From positions 150,050 through 214,049 of the forward strand of contig NZ_JBBHLB010000005.1 in NCBI RefSeq assembly GCF_037572415.1: a DNA stretch of 64,000 nucleotides, in the 5' to 3' direction. The stretch's first letter is position 1. Every line of letters begins with the position of its first letter. The notes beneath the pieces were generated by a model that searched no databases, was not told where the DNA came from, and worked only from the letters and a program-made list of their open reading frames with translations. The position numbers were made by a program, and so were the translations under genes. Below are positions 47,121 through 56,801 of this stretch, piece by piece. Origin of the DNA: Flavonifractor porci. GTDB taxonomy: Bacteria; Bacillota; Clostridia; Oscillospirales; Oscillospiraceae.

Positions 47121-47332
47121 GCAACGCCCCCTTATGCTGACTTTCCAAGGAGGGACGCGGCAGCGCCGCGTCCCTCCTTTTTCGTCGGCCACCGGGGCCC
47201 CATCAAAGATGGGGCGGCGCGCAAGCGCCGTACAAGCGTTTTACCGGCAGGCAAAACCTTAATGCCGGGCGGATTCATTCCGCCCGAGCAGCTCCAATCA
47301 TGGGGTCCCCAACCTGCCCCGCAGGTTGGGGC
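47121..47332 (+). repeat. copy C of the structured element family, inserted exactly after the gdhA stop, with its own intrinsic terminator
   Basis: Terminator GGAGGGACGCGGC-AGC-GCCGCGTCCCTCC plus TTTTT at 47149-47182. Core hairpin CCGGGCGGATTCATTCCGCCCG. CAATCATGGGGTCCCC followed by the palindrome AACCTGCCCCGCAGGTTGGGGC. This is the same orientation relative to the host gene as copies A, B and D. Confidence 0.7.
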
Positions 47333-47370
47333 TGGCCGACGCTATGATCTGGCAGGGCGTGTCCTACTAA
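47333..47370 (+). repeat. displaced, identical copy of the last 38 nt of gdhA including TAA (TGGCCGACGCTATGATCTGGCAGGGCGTGTCCTACTAA)
   Basis: Exact repeat of 47083-47120. It is followed by the ancestral gdhA terminator. Confidence 0.8.
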
Positions 47371-47379
47371 ACTTGAAAC

Positions 47380-47422
47380 AAAAATGGCACCCATCCTTTA
47401 CAACGGATGGATGCCATTTTTC
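47380..47422 (+). terminator. ancestral gdhA intrinsic terminator AAAAATGGCACCCATCC-loop-GGATGGATGCCATTTTT
   Basis: 14-bp stem with one mismatch, followed by a T run. Confidence 0.65.
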
Positions 47423-47471
47423 TTTATTTATGATATAATACCAGCATTCTGAGAAATACGAGGACTACTCT

Positions 47472-49055
47472 ATGCTCCGCATCCAAAATATCTCCCTGCC
47501 CCTTGACGGCAGCCAAGGCCAGCTGAAAAAAAAGGCCGCCCGCATTCTTGGCGTTAAACCAGAGGTCATCACCGGGCTGTCTTTGGCCCGGCAGTCCATT
47601 GACGCCCGGAAAAAGAGCGACGTCCACTACGTCTGCACGGTGGATGCAACCGTGGCCGACGAAGGCAAGGTCATGGCCCGGTGCCGGGACAAAAACGTCT
47701 CTCTCCACCAGAGCGCCCCCTATGTTTTCCCAACCGTGCGGCGGACCTCTTCCCTGCCGCCGGTGGTGGTAGGCATGGGCCCCGCCGGGCTTTTTGCCGC
47801 CCTCTTCCTTGCCCGGAACGGCCTGGCTCCCATTGTGCTGGAGCGGGGCCGCCCGGTGGAGGAGCGCACTGACGACGTAGAGCGGTTCTGGTCCACCGGC
47901 TTATTGGACCCCTCCTCCAACGTTCAGTTCGGCGAGGGAGGGGCAGGCACCTTTTCCGACGGCAAGCTGACCACCGGCACCCATGATCCCCGCATCTCCA
48001 CAGTATTCCGCACCCTGGTGGGCGCAGGGGCTCCCGAGGATATTCTGTACCAGCACAAACCCCACATCGGCACCGACGTGCTGCGGGACGTGGTGAAAAA
48101 CATACGACAGGAACTGATCCGCCTGGGCTGCGACGTGCGCTTTGGCCATCAGCTCACCGGCCTTATCCTCCGGGATGTGGCAGTGGCCGGGCTGACGGTG
48201 GAAGGCCCTCAGGGAAGCTACGACCTGTCCTGTGACGCACTTGTCCTCTCCCCCGGCCACTCTGCCCGTGACACTTTCCAGATGCTGCTGGAGGCGGGTG
48301 TCCCCATGGAGCAGAAACCCTTTGCCATCGGGGTACGCATTGAGCATCCCCAGAGCGCTGTCTCTCTGGCCCAGTTTGGTCCGGTTTGGGAGAAACTGCC
48401 CGCTGCCGACTATAAGCTGGCCTGCCACCTTCCTAACGGCCGCTCCGCTTTTACCTTCTGTGTCTGTCCCGGCGGCCAGGTGGTGGCTGCCGCCTCGGAA
48501 AAGGGGCGGTTGGTGACCAACGGTATGAGCCATCGGGCCAGAGATGGAAAAAACATCAACGGCGGTTTTCTGGTGGGAGTGGGTCCAGCCGACTTCGGCT
48601 CCGACCATCCCCTGGCCGGAGTTGCCTTCCAGCAACACTGGGAGGAGGCCGCCTTCCAGTTGGGCGGCGGGACTTACCACGCCCCTGCCCAGACCGTGAA
48701 GGACTTCCTGTCCCGGCAGACCTCCAAAACCCTGGGCACTGTGGAACCGACCTACCGTCCCGGCGTCACCCCCACTGAACTGGACCGCTGCCTGCCCGAT
48801 TACGTCACCGACACCCTGCGGGGGGCGCTGCCCATCTTTGACCGCAAGCTGCACGGCTTCGCCGCGCCGGACAGCCTGCTCACCGGCGTGGAGACCCGTT
48901 CCTCCTCCCCCGTCCGCATCCTCCGGGGGGAAGACTGCCAATCCGCCATCCGGGGGCTCTACCCCTGCGGCGAGGGGGCTGGTTACGCCGGCGGCATCAC
49001 CTCCGCTGCTGTGGACGGCATCCGGGTTGCCGAGGCGGTCGCTTCACAGCCTTAA
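47472..49055 (+). CDS. NAD(P)/FAD-dependent oxidoreductase (COG2509-type uncharacterised FAD-dependent dehydrogenase)
   Basis: Rossmann dinucleotide-binding motif VVVGMGPAGLFAALFLARNG…ERG and a second motif near the C-terminus (GLYPCGEGAGYAGGI). Confidence 0.7.
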   Translation: MLRIQNISLPLDGSQGQLKKKAARILGVKPEVITGLSLARQSIDARKKSDVHYVCTVDATVADEGKVMARCRDKNVSLHQSAPYVFPTVRRTSSLPPVVVGMGPAGLFAALFLARNGLAPIVLERGRPVEERTDDVERFWSTGLLDPSSNVQFGEGGAGTFSDGKLTTGTHDPRISTVFRTLVGAGAPEDILYQHKPHIGTDVLRDVVKNIRQELIRLGCDVRFGHQLTGLILRDVAVAGLTVEGPQGSYDLSCDALVLSPGHSARDTFQMLLEAGVPMEQKPFAIGVRIEHPQSAVSLAQFGPVWEKLPAADYKLACHLPNGRSAFTFCVCPGGQVVAAASEKGRLVTNGMSHRARDGKNINGGFLVGVGPADFGSDHPLAGVAFQQHWEEAAFQLGGGTYHAPAQTVKDFLSRQTSKTLGTVEPTYRPGVTPTELDRCLPDYVTDTLRGALPIFDRKLHGFAAPDSLLTGVETRSSSPVRILRGEDCQSAIRGLYPCGEGAGYAGGITSAAVDGIRVAEAVASQP

Positions 49056-49110
49056 GTGAATTTTACCCATAAAAAAGTGCCGTCCTTCAGGACGGCACTT
49101 TTTCTATCAT

Positions 49111-50475
49111 TCAGCGCTGATCCATGGGCACATAATCCGTATGGCTGCCCACATACTTATAGGCAGGACGGATGATCTTACCCATATTGATAAGCTCCTC
49201 AATGCGGTGGGCGGACCAGCCAGCCACACGGGCCATGGCAAAGATAGGCGTATACAGCTCCAGAGGCAGATCCAGCATATGGTACACAAAGCCGGAATAG
49301 AAGTCCACATTGGCGGATACGCCCTTGTACATCTTCCGCTCTCCGGAGATGACCTCGGGACCCAGCCGGGCCACCAGGGAATAGAGCTCATATTCCTCAT
49401 TGCGGCCCTTCTCACGGGACAGCTTCTCCACAAAGGAGTGGAGCAGGTTGGCACGGGGATCGGACAGAGAGTAAACCGCATGCCCCATGCCGTAGATCAG
49501 GCCCGCCTTGTCGAAGGCCTGCTTGTTGAGCAGAGCCTGCAGGTAATGACGTACTTCGTCCTCATCTTTCCAGTCCCGCACGGTCTCTTTCATGTCATCA
49601 AACATCTGCACCACCTTGATGTTGGCGCCGCCGTGCTTGGGACCCTTCAGAGAGGCCAGAGCCGCCGCCATACAGGAATAGGTATCGGTACCGGAGGAGG
49701 TGACCACATGGGTAGTGAAGGTGGAGTTGTTGCCGCCGCCGTGCTCGGCATGGAGTGTCAGACAAATATCCAACACATGGGCCTCCCAGAAGGAGTAGGA
49801 AGAATCCGCCCGCAGCAGGGAGAGGATGTTCTCCGCCGCCGACAGTTCCGGCCGGGGGGCGTGGATGTACAGGCTGCTGCCGCTCTTATAGTTCCAGGCT
49901 TGATAGCCATAGACACTGAGCATGGGGAACAGGGCAATAAGCTGGACACACTGGCGCATGACATTGGGCAGGGAGATGTCATCCGCCCGGTCATCATAGG
50001 AGGCCAGATTGAGCACACTCCGGGCCAGGGAATTCATGATATCATGGCTGGGCGCCTTCAGGATCACATCCCGCACAAAGTTGTTGGGCAGGGAACGATA
50101 ATAGGACAGCTGCTTGGAAAAGCCATCCAGCTCCTCCTTGGTGGGCAGCTTGCCCAGCAAAAGCAGATAGGCTGTCTCCTCAAAGCCGAAGCGGCCCTCC
50201 TTCAGAGCGCCTGCCACCAACTGCTCCACGTCCACACCGCGGTAATACAGCTTGCCTTCGCAGGGAATCTCCTGTCCATCCACAACCTTTTTGGCTACAA
50301 TATCAGAGACTTCAGTCAGTCCGGCAAGCACGCCCTTGCCGTTCAGGTCACGCAGGCCCCGCTTCACATCATATTTGACAAAATCGCCCGGATCAATGCA
50401 GCTGTTTTCCTGTGCCAAAGCCGCCAGGCGCTCAAGTTCAGGCGTAGTATTGCAGTAATTCGGATTGCTTGCCAT
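49111..50475 (-). CDS. citrate synthase
   Basis: 454 aa carrying the conserved catalytic-region motifs HAEHGGGNNSTF and MGHAVY. Confidence 0.85.
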   Translation of the reverse strand: MASNPNYCNTTPELERLAALAQENSCIDPGDFVKYDVKRGLRDLNGKGVLAGLTEVSDIVAKKVVDGQEIPCEGKLYYRGVDVEQLVAGALKEGRFGFEETAYLLLLGKLPTKEELDGFSKQLSYYRSLPNNFVRDVILKAPSHDIMNSLARSVLNLASYDDRADDISLPNVMRQCVQLIALFPMLSVYGYQAWNYKSGSSLYIHAPRPELSAAENILSLLRADSSYSFWEAHVLDICLTLHAEHGGGNNSTFTTHVVTSSGTDTYSCMAAALASLKGPKHGGANIKVVQMFDDMKETVRDWKDEDEVRHYLQALLNKQAFDKAGLIYGMGHAVYSLSDPRANLLHSFVEKLSREKGRNEEYELYSLVARLGPEVISGERKMYKGVSANVDFYSGFVYHMLDLPLELYTPIFAMARVAGWSAHRIEELINMGKIIRPAYKYVGSHTDYVPMDQR

Positions 50476-50610
50476 GAAAAACCTCCATTCTCTTCACATA
50501 CCCAGGGGACAACCCCTTTGCCAATCAGTTCATTGCTAACTATTATGGCATAAAAATGTTACCACAATATGAATCGCTCTCGATTTTTTCATTGAAATTT
50601 TTCTTCTATA

Positions 50611-50650
50611 ATGGACCGACCCGCTGCGGCAAGGCCGGACAGCGGGTCGG
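50611..50650. terminator. hairpin CCGACCCGCTG-loop-CAGCGGGTCGG downstream of corA
   Basis: Perfect 11-bp stem 4 nt after the corA stop. Confidence 0.5.
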
Positions 50651-50653
50651 AAT

Positions 50654-51577
50654 TTAGAACAGGTCTTTCTTCTTCAGGATGATGCCAGTCACCAGAATCA
50701 CGCCCAGAGACAGCACCAGCGGGAACCACCAGAACTGATCCAGGGGCAGATTGGCTACATTCATACCGTAGAAGCTGAAGAAAATATTGGGGATGGTCAG
50801 CAGGATCGTGATGGAGGTCAGCACCTTCATGATCACGTTCAGGTTGTTGGAGATCACGGAGGCAAAGGCGTCCATCATGCCGGAAATAATGGAGGAATAA
50901 ATATTGGCCATCTCAATAGCCTGGCGTACCTCGATAAGCACGTCCTCCAGCAGGTCATGGTCCTCTTCGTAGAGGGTAATGATGCGGCCGCGGAGGATCT
51001 TCTCCAGGGTGACCTCATTGGCTTTCAGTGAGGTATTAAAGTAAACCAGTGACTTTTCCAGGTCCAGCAGCTGGATCAGTTCCTTGTTCCGCTGGGACTT
51101 GTAAAGCTGACGCTCCATGTAGTTGTAGATCTTGTCGATCTGCTTCAGGTATTGCAGGAAGCGTTTAGCCACCTGAAGCAGCATATAGAGGATGAACTGG
51201 GTCCGCTTCTGGGTATCCGCATTGCGTACCAGCCCGTCCTGGAAATCCTTCAGAATAGAGGTCTCTTTCAGGCAAACGGTAATGATGTGCTTCTCAGTGA
51301 CGATGATGCCCAAAGGCAGGGTGGAATACACCACCGCGTCGTCCTTCTCCACCGAGGGAGCGTCAATGATAATGAGGGTCTGCCCCTCTTCGGTATCAAT
51401 ACGGGAGGTCTCTTCTTCGTCCAGCGCGGCCCGCAGGAAAGAGGGCTCCACGCCCAGGGTTACCGCTACCGTATTCAGCTCATCCTCGCTGGGATAGGTC
51501 AGGTTGACCCAGCAGCCGTCCTGCACGGCATCCAGCTTGGTCATTTTCCCATTGATGGTCTTGTGAATGGAAAGCAA
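50654..51577 (-). CDS. corA: CorA-family magnesium/cobalt transporter
   Basis: 307 aa with two C-terminal TM helices and the signature GMN motif (FYGMNVANLP). Confidence 0.85.
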   Translation of the reverse strand: MLSIHKTINGKMTKLDAVQDGCWVNLTYPSEDELNTVAVTLGVEPSFLRAALDEEETSRIDTEEGQTLIIIDAPSVEKDDAVVYSTLPLGIIVTEKHIITVCLKETSILKDFQDGLVRNADTQKRTQFILYMLLQVAKRFLQYLKQIDKIYNYMERQLYKSQRNKELIQLLDLEKSLVYFNTSLKANEVTLEKILRGRIITLYEEDHDLLEDVLIEVRQAIEMANIYSSIISGMMDAFASVISNNLNVIMKVLTSITILLTIPNIFFSFYGMNVANLPLDQFWWFPLVLSLGVILVTGIILKKKDLF

Positions 51578-51671
51578 TTAACTCACGCCTTTCTGGGCGC
51601 AGGGACCAAAAAGGCATAAAAATCCCCGCACACCTATTGTCTCGCCGATCCGCTCCACTTATACCAACGGA

Positions 51672-51741
51672 CCGAAAAAGGGCACAGGCGTGCGGGCGCT
51701 CCCGGTCATGCCGGTCAAACGCCGATCCAATACGCCGTGCC
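51672..51741 (-). terminator. terminator-like long hairpin plus U run (GGCACGGCGT…ACGCCTGTGCC then CUUUUUCGG in the transcript) inside the ~440-nt corA leader, a candidate Mg-responsive attenuator
   Basis: Hairpin and U tract ~100-170 nt upstream of the corA start codon, in an unusually long non-coding region (51578-52020). Confidence 0.3.
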
Positions 51742-52020
51742 AGTTGTGTTGCATTCTCGACTCAGAGGGTCACCGCTCACGGCGCATATCACTCCCTTAT
51801 GACATAATCTGTCTTTCCAAAACCAGCCGACCAATGTCGCTGGTCCTTGAATCGGTCTTTATTATATGCTACTTTCAGCTGAATTGCAAGCCTGCACTCT
51901 TGCCGCCTCTCCTTTTCTTCCACAATAACGCCCAGCTCCAGACAAATTCCTTCCTCCAAAATACATTGCTGGACGTCCCGTCCATTCAGCACAGATGGCC
52001 AGCTTATATGATTCTGTCCT

Positions 52021-52707
52021 TTATGGAACTACAAAGCGGTAGCCCAGTCCACGGACCGTCTGGATATATTGGGGCTTGGATGGGTTTTCTTCGATCTTTG
52101 CGCGGATTCGGTTGATATAAACCATAATGGCATTTTCGTCAATGATAGCCGACCCCCATACCAGGTCGTAGATCATATCCTTGGAAAAAATATGATTCAC
52201 ATTGTCCATAAACAGCTTGATCATGGCGTTTTCCTTGGAGGAGAGAACCACCTCTTCTCCGTTTTTATAGAAACGGAGCGTGCTGGTATTATACTGAAAG
52301 GGGCCGGCGGTAATGATCTGATCCGCTCCGGGCAGATTCCCCCGGCTGCGGCGGATCAGCGCTTTTACCTTTGCTGCAAGGGTAACCGGATTGAGGGGTT
52401 TTGTGATATAGTCGTCTGCACCAATATCCAGACCATAGAGGGTATCATAATCCTCTTTGCGTCCGCTGACGATCATAATGGGGATCTTGCCTCCGTTGCG
52501 CCGGATATGCTGGATCACCTGAAACCCATCCATACCGGACAGATTGATATCCAGCAAAAGCAGGTCGTACTTTTTCTTTGCCAGCATCTCAAGGCACTGT
52601 TCCCCGGAATCGGCGGTATCCGCCTGAATGCCGTTGCTGCTGATCACTTTATACAGCATGGTAAGAACAGCTCTGTCGTCATCAACAATGAGTACAAGAT
52701 CCGCCAA
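52021..52707 (-). CDS. OmpR/PhoB-family response regulator
   Basis: REC domain (DLVLIVDDD…LLLDINLSGMDG…) plus a C-terminal winged-helix trans_reg_C (…TVRGLGYRFVVP). The start is set at a TTG with an AAGGGGGAT RBS; the tracked ORF extends far upstream with no homology. Confidence 0.75.
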   Translation of the reverse strand: MADLVLIVDDDRAVLTMLYKVISSNGIQADTADSGEQCLEMLAKKKYDLLLLDINLSGMDGFQVIQHIRRNGGKIPIMIVSGRKEDYDTLYGLDIGADDYITKPLNPVTLAAKVKALIRRSRGNLPGADQIITAGPFQYNTSTLRFYKNGEEVVLSSKENAMIKLFMDNVNHIFSKDMIYDLVWGSAIIDENAIMVYINRIRAKIEENPSKPQYIQTVRGLGYRFVVP

Positions 52708-52770
52708 GGTGCATCCCCCTTTACACAGCTTGCTTCTTCCAGTATGATATCCAGTATAAAAGACGAGTAT

Positions 52771-54552
52771 ATGTTTGGCAAGGGGAGAATTTACTTGAAA
52801 CCGCCCATCAAACTGGAGCGCAAATTCCTGATGATTATATTGCTGGCTTTCGCCCTCATATTTGCCGGAATTTTTATGGTATTTCGTGTTTTCCACCAAT
52901 ACGAAAATATGATGATCCAAAACGAAGACCGGCAGCTTTTGGGGTTGTCCCGCTCGGTGGACCGCAGTATCACCAGCTATATTCAGCAATTTTCCCGGGA
53001 TCTGAAGCACACGCTGCAGCGCGACGGACTGGAAGAGGCGGAGACTGCTTATCGGAACACTGGAAGCATGGAAGAAATTGCTTTGCAAATCGAGGCAACC
53101 ATCCTTTCAGAGCATCCCTTGACATACGACATCCTGTGTATCGACAACGGAACCATTCTTTACTCCTCCCGCGGAAAAACAGACTATGTGTTTCCGCCAA
53201 ATGCCGGTCTGGAGGGAGACGTCGATATCCGCCCCTGCGTCGATGCGTCAGGAACGATCTACCTCTCCTTCCAGAAAAGCATCCAAAGCGATCTGCGATA
53301 CGCCGTACTGATCGAGCTTACGGAATTTTATCAGGCTGTGGCGGGAAATCTGATCGTCGGTACCCAAGACCGTATTCTGCTTCTGGACGCAGGGGGACAC
53401 ACACTCTTATATCAAACGGAAGAAGGCCCCGCGGCCTCACTTGTCCAGAATGATCGGGAGGGCGTGATCGATCAGGACGAGTTAAATGCGCTTCTGAACT
53501 GCCAAAGCCGCGGGGAAGATGTATCTCTTTTCTACCAGGCTCAGACCAGCAAAGATGCAAAAGCTTATACGGCGCGCATGGCAGCCATTCCGGCCGCCGG
53601 AAACAATGGTGTGTTTGCAGTGGGGGCCTCCCTCAATTATGAAACCATCAAACGTCCCATCCATATGTCCGCCATACGGCTTGCCGCCTACAGCAGCATG
53701 ATCATACTCGGAATTTTACTGTTGGCTGGCTCCATCCTGCTGGTAGCCCGGCGCAATGCGCGGACCCAGCAGGAAGTGATCATGCTGCGGGAACAAAATC
53801 TCGCCCTGGAGGCGGTCACAAAAAAGTCCCAGGCTCTGGCCCACCATCAGCGGCTGGAGATCATTGGCACCCTGACCTCCAGCATTGCCCATGAATTCAA
53901 CAACCTTCTGACCCCCATTATGGGTTACTCCATTCTGGTTCTGGAAAAACTGCCGCCTGACGCCGAAGAGACCTATGACAATGTACTGGAAATTTACGAG
54001 GCTTCCAGAAAGGCAAAGACCATTATCTCCCGCCTCTCAGACCTCTCCCGCAAAAATACCCCCCTCACTTTTCAGTATGTCTCGCCGGATGATCTGGTGC
54101 TGCGTGTTCTGGAGATCGCCGCGCCGGCGAAACCGCCCAAGGTACAGGTCAGCAGCAAGCTTCAGTGCCGGCACCTCTGGGTGCACGGCAATGAGATCCA
54201 GCTGTCCCAAATGCTGCTCAACCTGATTTTGAACGCTTACCAGGCCATGGAGACAGACGGCGGGACCCTTACCGCCACAACTGAACAGGAGGATGACTGG
54301 ATCTGCTTCCATGTGGCCGATACAGGCCCGGGAATCGCCCCCTCGCTGCTGGAAACGATCTTTGAGCCCTTCTTTACCACCAAGGAACGAGGAAAAGGAA
54401 CCGGGCTGGGTCTGGCCATTGTGCAGCAGGTCGTAGAGGAACACCACGGTACTGTCTGCGTCCACAGCGAATTGGGACAGGGAACCACATTCACCGTTCG
54501 TCTGCCCCTCCCCGCCCAGGAGGATGGACACAGCCATAACAGCATATCATAA
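52771..54552 (+). CDS. sensor histidine kinase with a periplasmic sensor domain
   Basis: Two TM helices flank a ~250-aa extracytoplasmic region. HisKA H-box SSIAHEFNNLLTPIMGY, then HATPase_c N, G1 and G2 boxes (NLILNAYQAM, DTGPGI, GTGLGLAIV). The start is uncertain (52771 or 52831). Confidence 0.75.
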   Translation: MFGKGRIYLKPPIKLERKFLMIILLAFALIFAGIFMVFRVFHQYENMMIQNEDRQLLGLSRSVDRSITSYIQQFSRDLKHTLQRDGLEEAETAYRNTGSMEEIALQIEATILSEHPLTYDILCIDNGTILYSSRGKTDYVFPPNAGLEGDVDIRPCVDASGTIYLSFQKSIQSDLRYAVLIELTEFYQAVAGNLIVGTQDRILLLDAGGHTLLYQTEEGPAASLVQNDREGVIDQDELNALLNCQSRGEDVSLFYQAQTSKDAKAYTARMAAIPAAGNNGVFAVGASLNYETIKRPIHMSAIRLAAYSSMIILGILLLAGSILLVARRNARTQQEVIMLREQNLALEAVTKKSQALAHHQRLEIIGTLTSSIAHEFNNLLTPIMGYSILVLEKLPPDAEETYDNVLEIYEASRKAKTIISRLSDLSRKNTPLTFQYVSPDDLVLRVLEIAAPAKPPKVQVSSKLQCRHLWVHGNEIQLSQMLLNLILNAYQAMETDGGTLTATTEQEDDWICFHVADTGPGIAPSLLETIFEPFFTTKERGKGTGLGLAIVQQVVEEHHGTVCVHSELGQGTTFTVRLPLPAQEDGHSHNSIS

Positions 54553-54597
54553 GCAAGAGGATGGATGTTTTTCCGTTGGGAAGCATCCATCCTCTTT
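54551..54597 (+). terminator. terminator hairpin AAGAGGATGGATG-loop-CATCCATCCTCTT
   Basis: 13-bp stem immediately after the histidine kinase stop. Confidence 0.6.
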
Positions 54598-54691
54598 CCT
54601 TAACAAATATTAAGGGTACAGTAATTCCCCATTAAGCAGGGATTGTTATAATTTTGACAAACTCATTCTTGTCACGAAGTGGAGCAGTCAG

Positions 54692-55177
54692 ATGATTATA
54701 ACGATCGCACGAAAGTACGGCAGCGGCGGCCGGGAGATCGGCCAGCGGCTGGCCAAACATCTGGATATTCCCTACTACAACGTGGACGCCCTGCCCCACA
54801 CACAAACCGGGGACTGGCGGGAAGAGATCCTTCTGCTGGCCGATACCGGTCCATGCGTCATGGTGGGTTTTTGCGCCGACCATGCACTGGCTGGGCGGGA
54901 AGGCCTCATGCGTATCTTTATCCACTGTGACATGGAGCATCGCCTCCAGCGGATCATGGCGGAGCATCACCTCTCCAGAGAACAGGCCCAGCGCGAGGCC
55001 CTCTATCAGGACCGGGAGCGGTCCCGGCTGTACGGATTCTACACCGGAGAAAAATGGGCCAATCTGGACCGGTACGATCTGACGGTCAACAGCAGCCTTT
55101 TGGGGACAGCCGGTACCGTGGAATTGCTGGGCCAGTTTGTGGCGCTGAATGTCATGCGTAAACGCAGAGGCCAGTGA
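54692..55177 (+). CDS. cytidylate kinase-like family protein (paralog of 44475..45068)
   Basis: MIITIARKYGSGGREIGQRLAKHL… P-loop with the same architecture as the first copy. Confidence 0.6.
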   Translation: MIITIARKYGSGGREIGQRLAKHLDIPYYNVDALPHTQTGDWREEILLLADTGPCVMVGFCADHALAGREGLMRIFIHCDMEHRLQRIMAEHHLSREQAQREALYQDRERSRLYGFYTGEKWANLDRYDLTVNSSLLGTAGTVELLGQFVALNVMRKRRGQ

Positions 55178-55326
55178 AATGAGAGAAACACGCAAAACAG
55201 TTCGACCGGCTCTGTGCCGGGATGATGTTCCGGCCGTATGCCTGGTTCCCATCGCCGCGGCCCACCAGACCGGTCAGGACCTGATCGCGGCGCAGCTGCC
55301 CTTGGTATCAAACATGGAGGTTTCCT

Positions 55327-55656
55327 ATGCTGGAGAATTTGATTGAAACCGCACTGCCCACCATCATCGCAATTCTGGAGATCATGGGCATCTTCGTAGT
55401 GGTCGTCTCGGCCACCGGCGCGTTTATCCGTTACCTGAAAGGGCTTATCACCCACTCCGGGTCAGACGTCAAGTTTGCCCTGGCCAACGGGCTGGCCATC
55501 AGTCTGGAATTCAAAATGGCCGCCGAGATCTTGAAAACCGTCCTGGTGCATGAGCTCAATGAGCTGATGGTATTGGGGGCGGTCATCCTTTTGCGTGCGC
55601 TGTTATCATTTCTCATTCACTTTGAAATGAAGCAGATACATCACACCGAATCATAA
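55327..55656 (+). CDS. small integral membrane protein (DUF1622-like)
   Basis: 109 aa, three predicted TM helices (IIAILEIMGIFVVVVSATGAF…). Confidence 0.5.
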   Translation: MLENLIETALPTIIAILEIMGIFVVVVSATGAFIRYLKGLITHSGSDVKFALANGLAISLEFKMAAEILKTVLVHELNELMVLGAVILLRALLSFLIHFEMKQIHHTES

Positions 55657-55673
55657 TTCAGGAGGTACCACAA

Positions 55674-56747
55674 ATGAAGAAACTGCTTGCACTGATCCTG
55701 TCCGGTACGCTGACCATGGGCGCACTGTCCGCCTGCGGCAGCACGGCGGTGGTGGCTGTCCCCCAGCCTGAGGAATCTGCGCCCGCCGTCACCGAACCGG
55801 TTCCGGAACACACGCAAGGTACATCGGATGCCGCGGTCAAAACCGGCCTCTATCTGGGCACCAGCTTGTCCAGCAGCAAAAATGCCGCCGACGGCGAGGA
55901 TGGATACAGCCAGGCCAACGTCGAACTGGTGGCGGTCACTGTGACCGACGAAGGGGTCATCGACTCCTGCGTGATCGACTCCATCCAGGCAAAGGCCTCC
56001 TTTGACGCCACCGGAACCCTGACTGCCGACCTGACCGCCCAGGTGCCCTCCAAAAACGAGCTGGGCAGCAATTACGGTATGGGCCAGGTCAGTTCCATCG
56101 GCAAGGAGTGGAACGAACAGGTTCAGGCTCTGGCCGATTACGTAGAGGGCAAGACGGTGGAGGAGATCAAGGGCATCGCCGTGACCGAGGAGGGCAAGGC
56201 CTCCGACGCGGATCTGGCCGCCTCCGTTACCGTCTCCATCGCCGGCTATCTGGACGCCATTGAGCAGGCGGTTTCCAACGCCACTCATCTTGGCGCCATG
56301 CAGGGAGATCGTCTGGTTCTGACCACCTCCACCAACATTGCCAACAGCAAGAGCGCCACCGCTGAGGAGCCCGGCCAGGTCCAGACCTCCGCCACTGTGG
56401 CCGCCGTTACCCTGAGCGGCGACGTGATCACCAGCTGCTACATCGACGCTGTCCAGGCCAATGTGGACTTTGATGCTGCCGGCGTGATCACCACCGACCT
56501 GACCGCGGCGCCGCCCACCAAAAATGAGCTGGGCGACAACTACGGCATGGGCCAGATCAGCCCCATCGGCAAGGAATGGAATGAGCAGGTGGCTGCCTTC
56601 TGCGCGTATGTGACCGGCAAGACCCTGAACCAGGTGGCGGGGATCGCCGTGACCGAAAAGGGCGCTGCCGCCGACGCAGACCTGGCCGCCTCGGTCACCA
56701 TCGCCATCGGGGAGTTCCAGGCCCTGATTGCAAAAGCCGCCGCCTGA
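55674..56747 (+). CDS. extracytoplasmic lipoprotein with two tandem FMN-binding domains (PplA-like flavinylation substrate)
   Basis: Lipobox LSACG. Internal duplication …KNELGSNYGMGQVSSIGKEWNEQV…DADLAASVTVSIAGY… and …KNELGDNYGMGQISPIGKEWNEQV…DADLAASVTIAIGEF…. Each repeat has an FMN_bind-type (S/T)GAT-like flavinylation context. Confidence 0.65.
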   Translation: MKKLLALILSGTLTMGALSACGSTAVVAVPQPEESAPAVTEPVPEHTQGTSDAAVKTGLYLGTSLSSSKNAADGEDGYSQANVELVAVTVTDEGVIDSCVIDSIQAKASFDATGTLTADLTAQVPSKNELGSNYGMGQVSSIGKEWNEQVQALADYVEGKTVEEIKGIAVTEEGKASDADLAASVTVSIAGYLDAIEQAVSNATHLGAMQGDRLVLTTSTNIANSKSATAEEPGQVQTSATVAAVTLSGDVITSCYIDAVQANVDFDAAGVITTDLTAAPPTKNELGDNYGMGQISPIGKEWNEQVAAFCAYVTGKTLNQVAGIAVTEKGAAADADLAASVTIAIGEFQALIAKAAA

Positions 56748-56801
56748 GTTTTTCTTCAGGCAGCAGCTTGATACCCCTGTCATTTGGAAAGTAGAGGTTA
56801 T

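Noticed and set aside
49141-50553. 470-aa plus-strand ORF antisense to citrate synthase
   Set aside because: Citrate synthase on the minus strand carries conserved catalytic motifs, so the antisense ORF is spurious.
51690-52115. 141-aa plus-strand ORF and 67-aa minus-strand ORF in the corA leader
   Set aside because: No RBS and a low-complexity product. The region is better explained as a long structured 5' leader.
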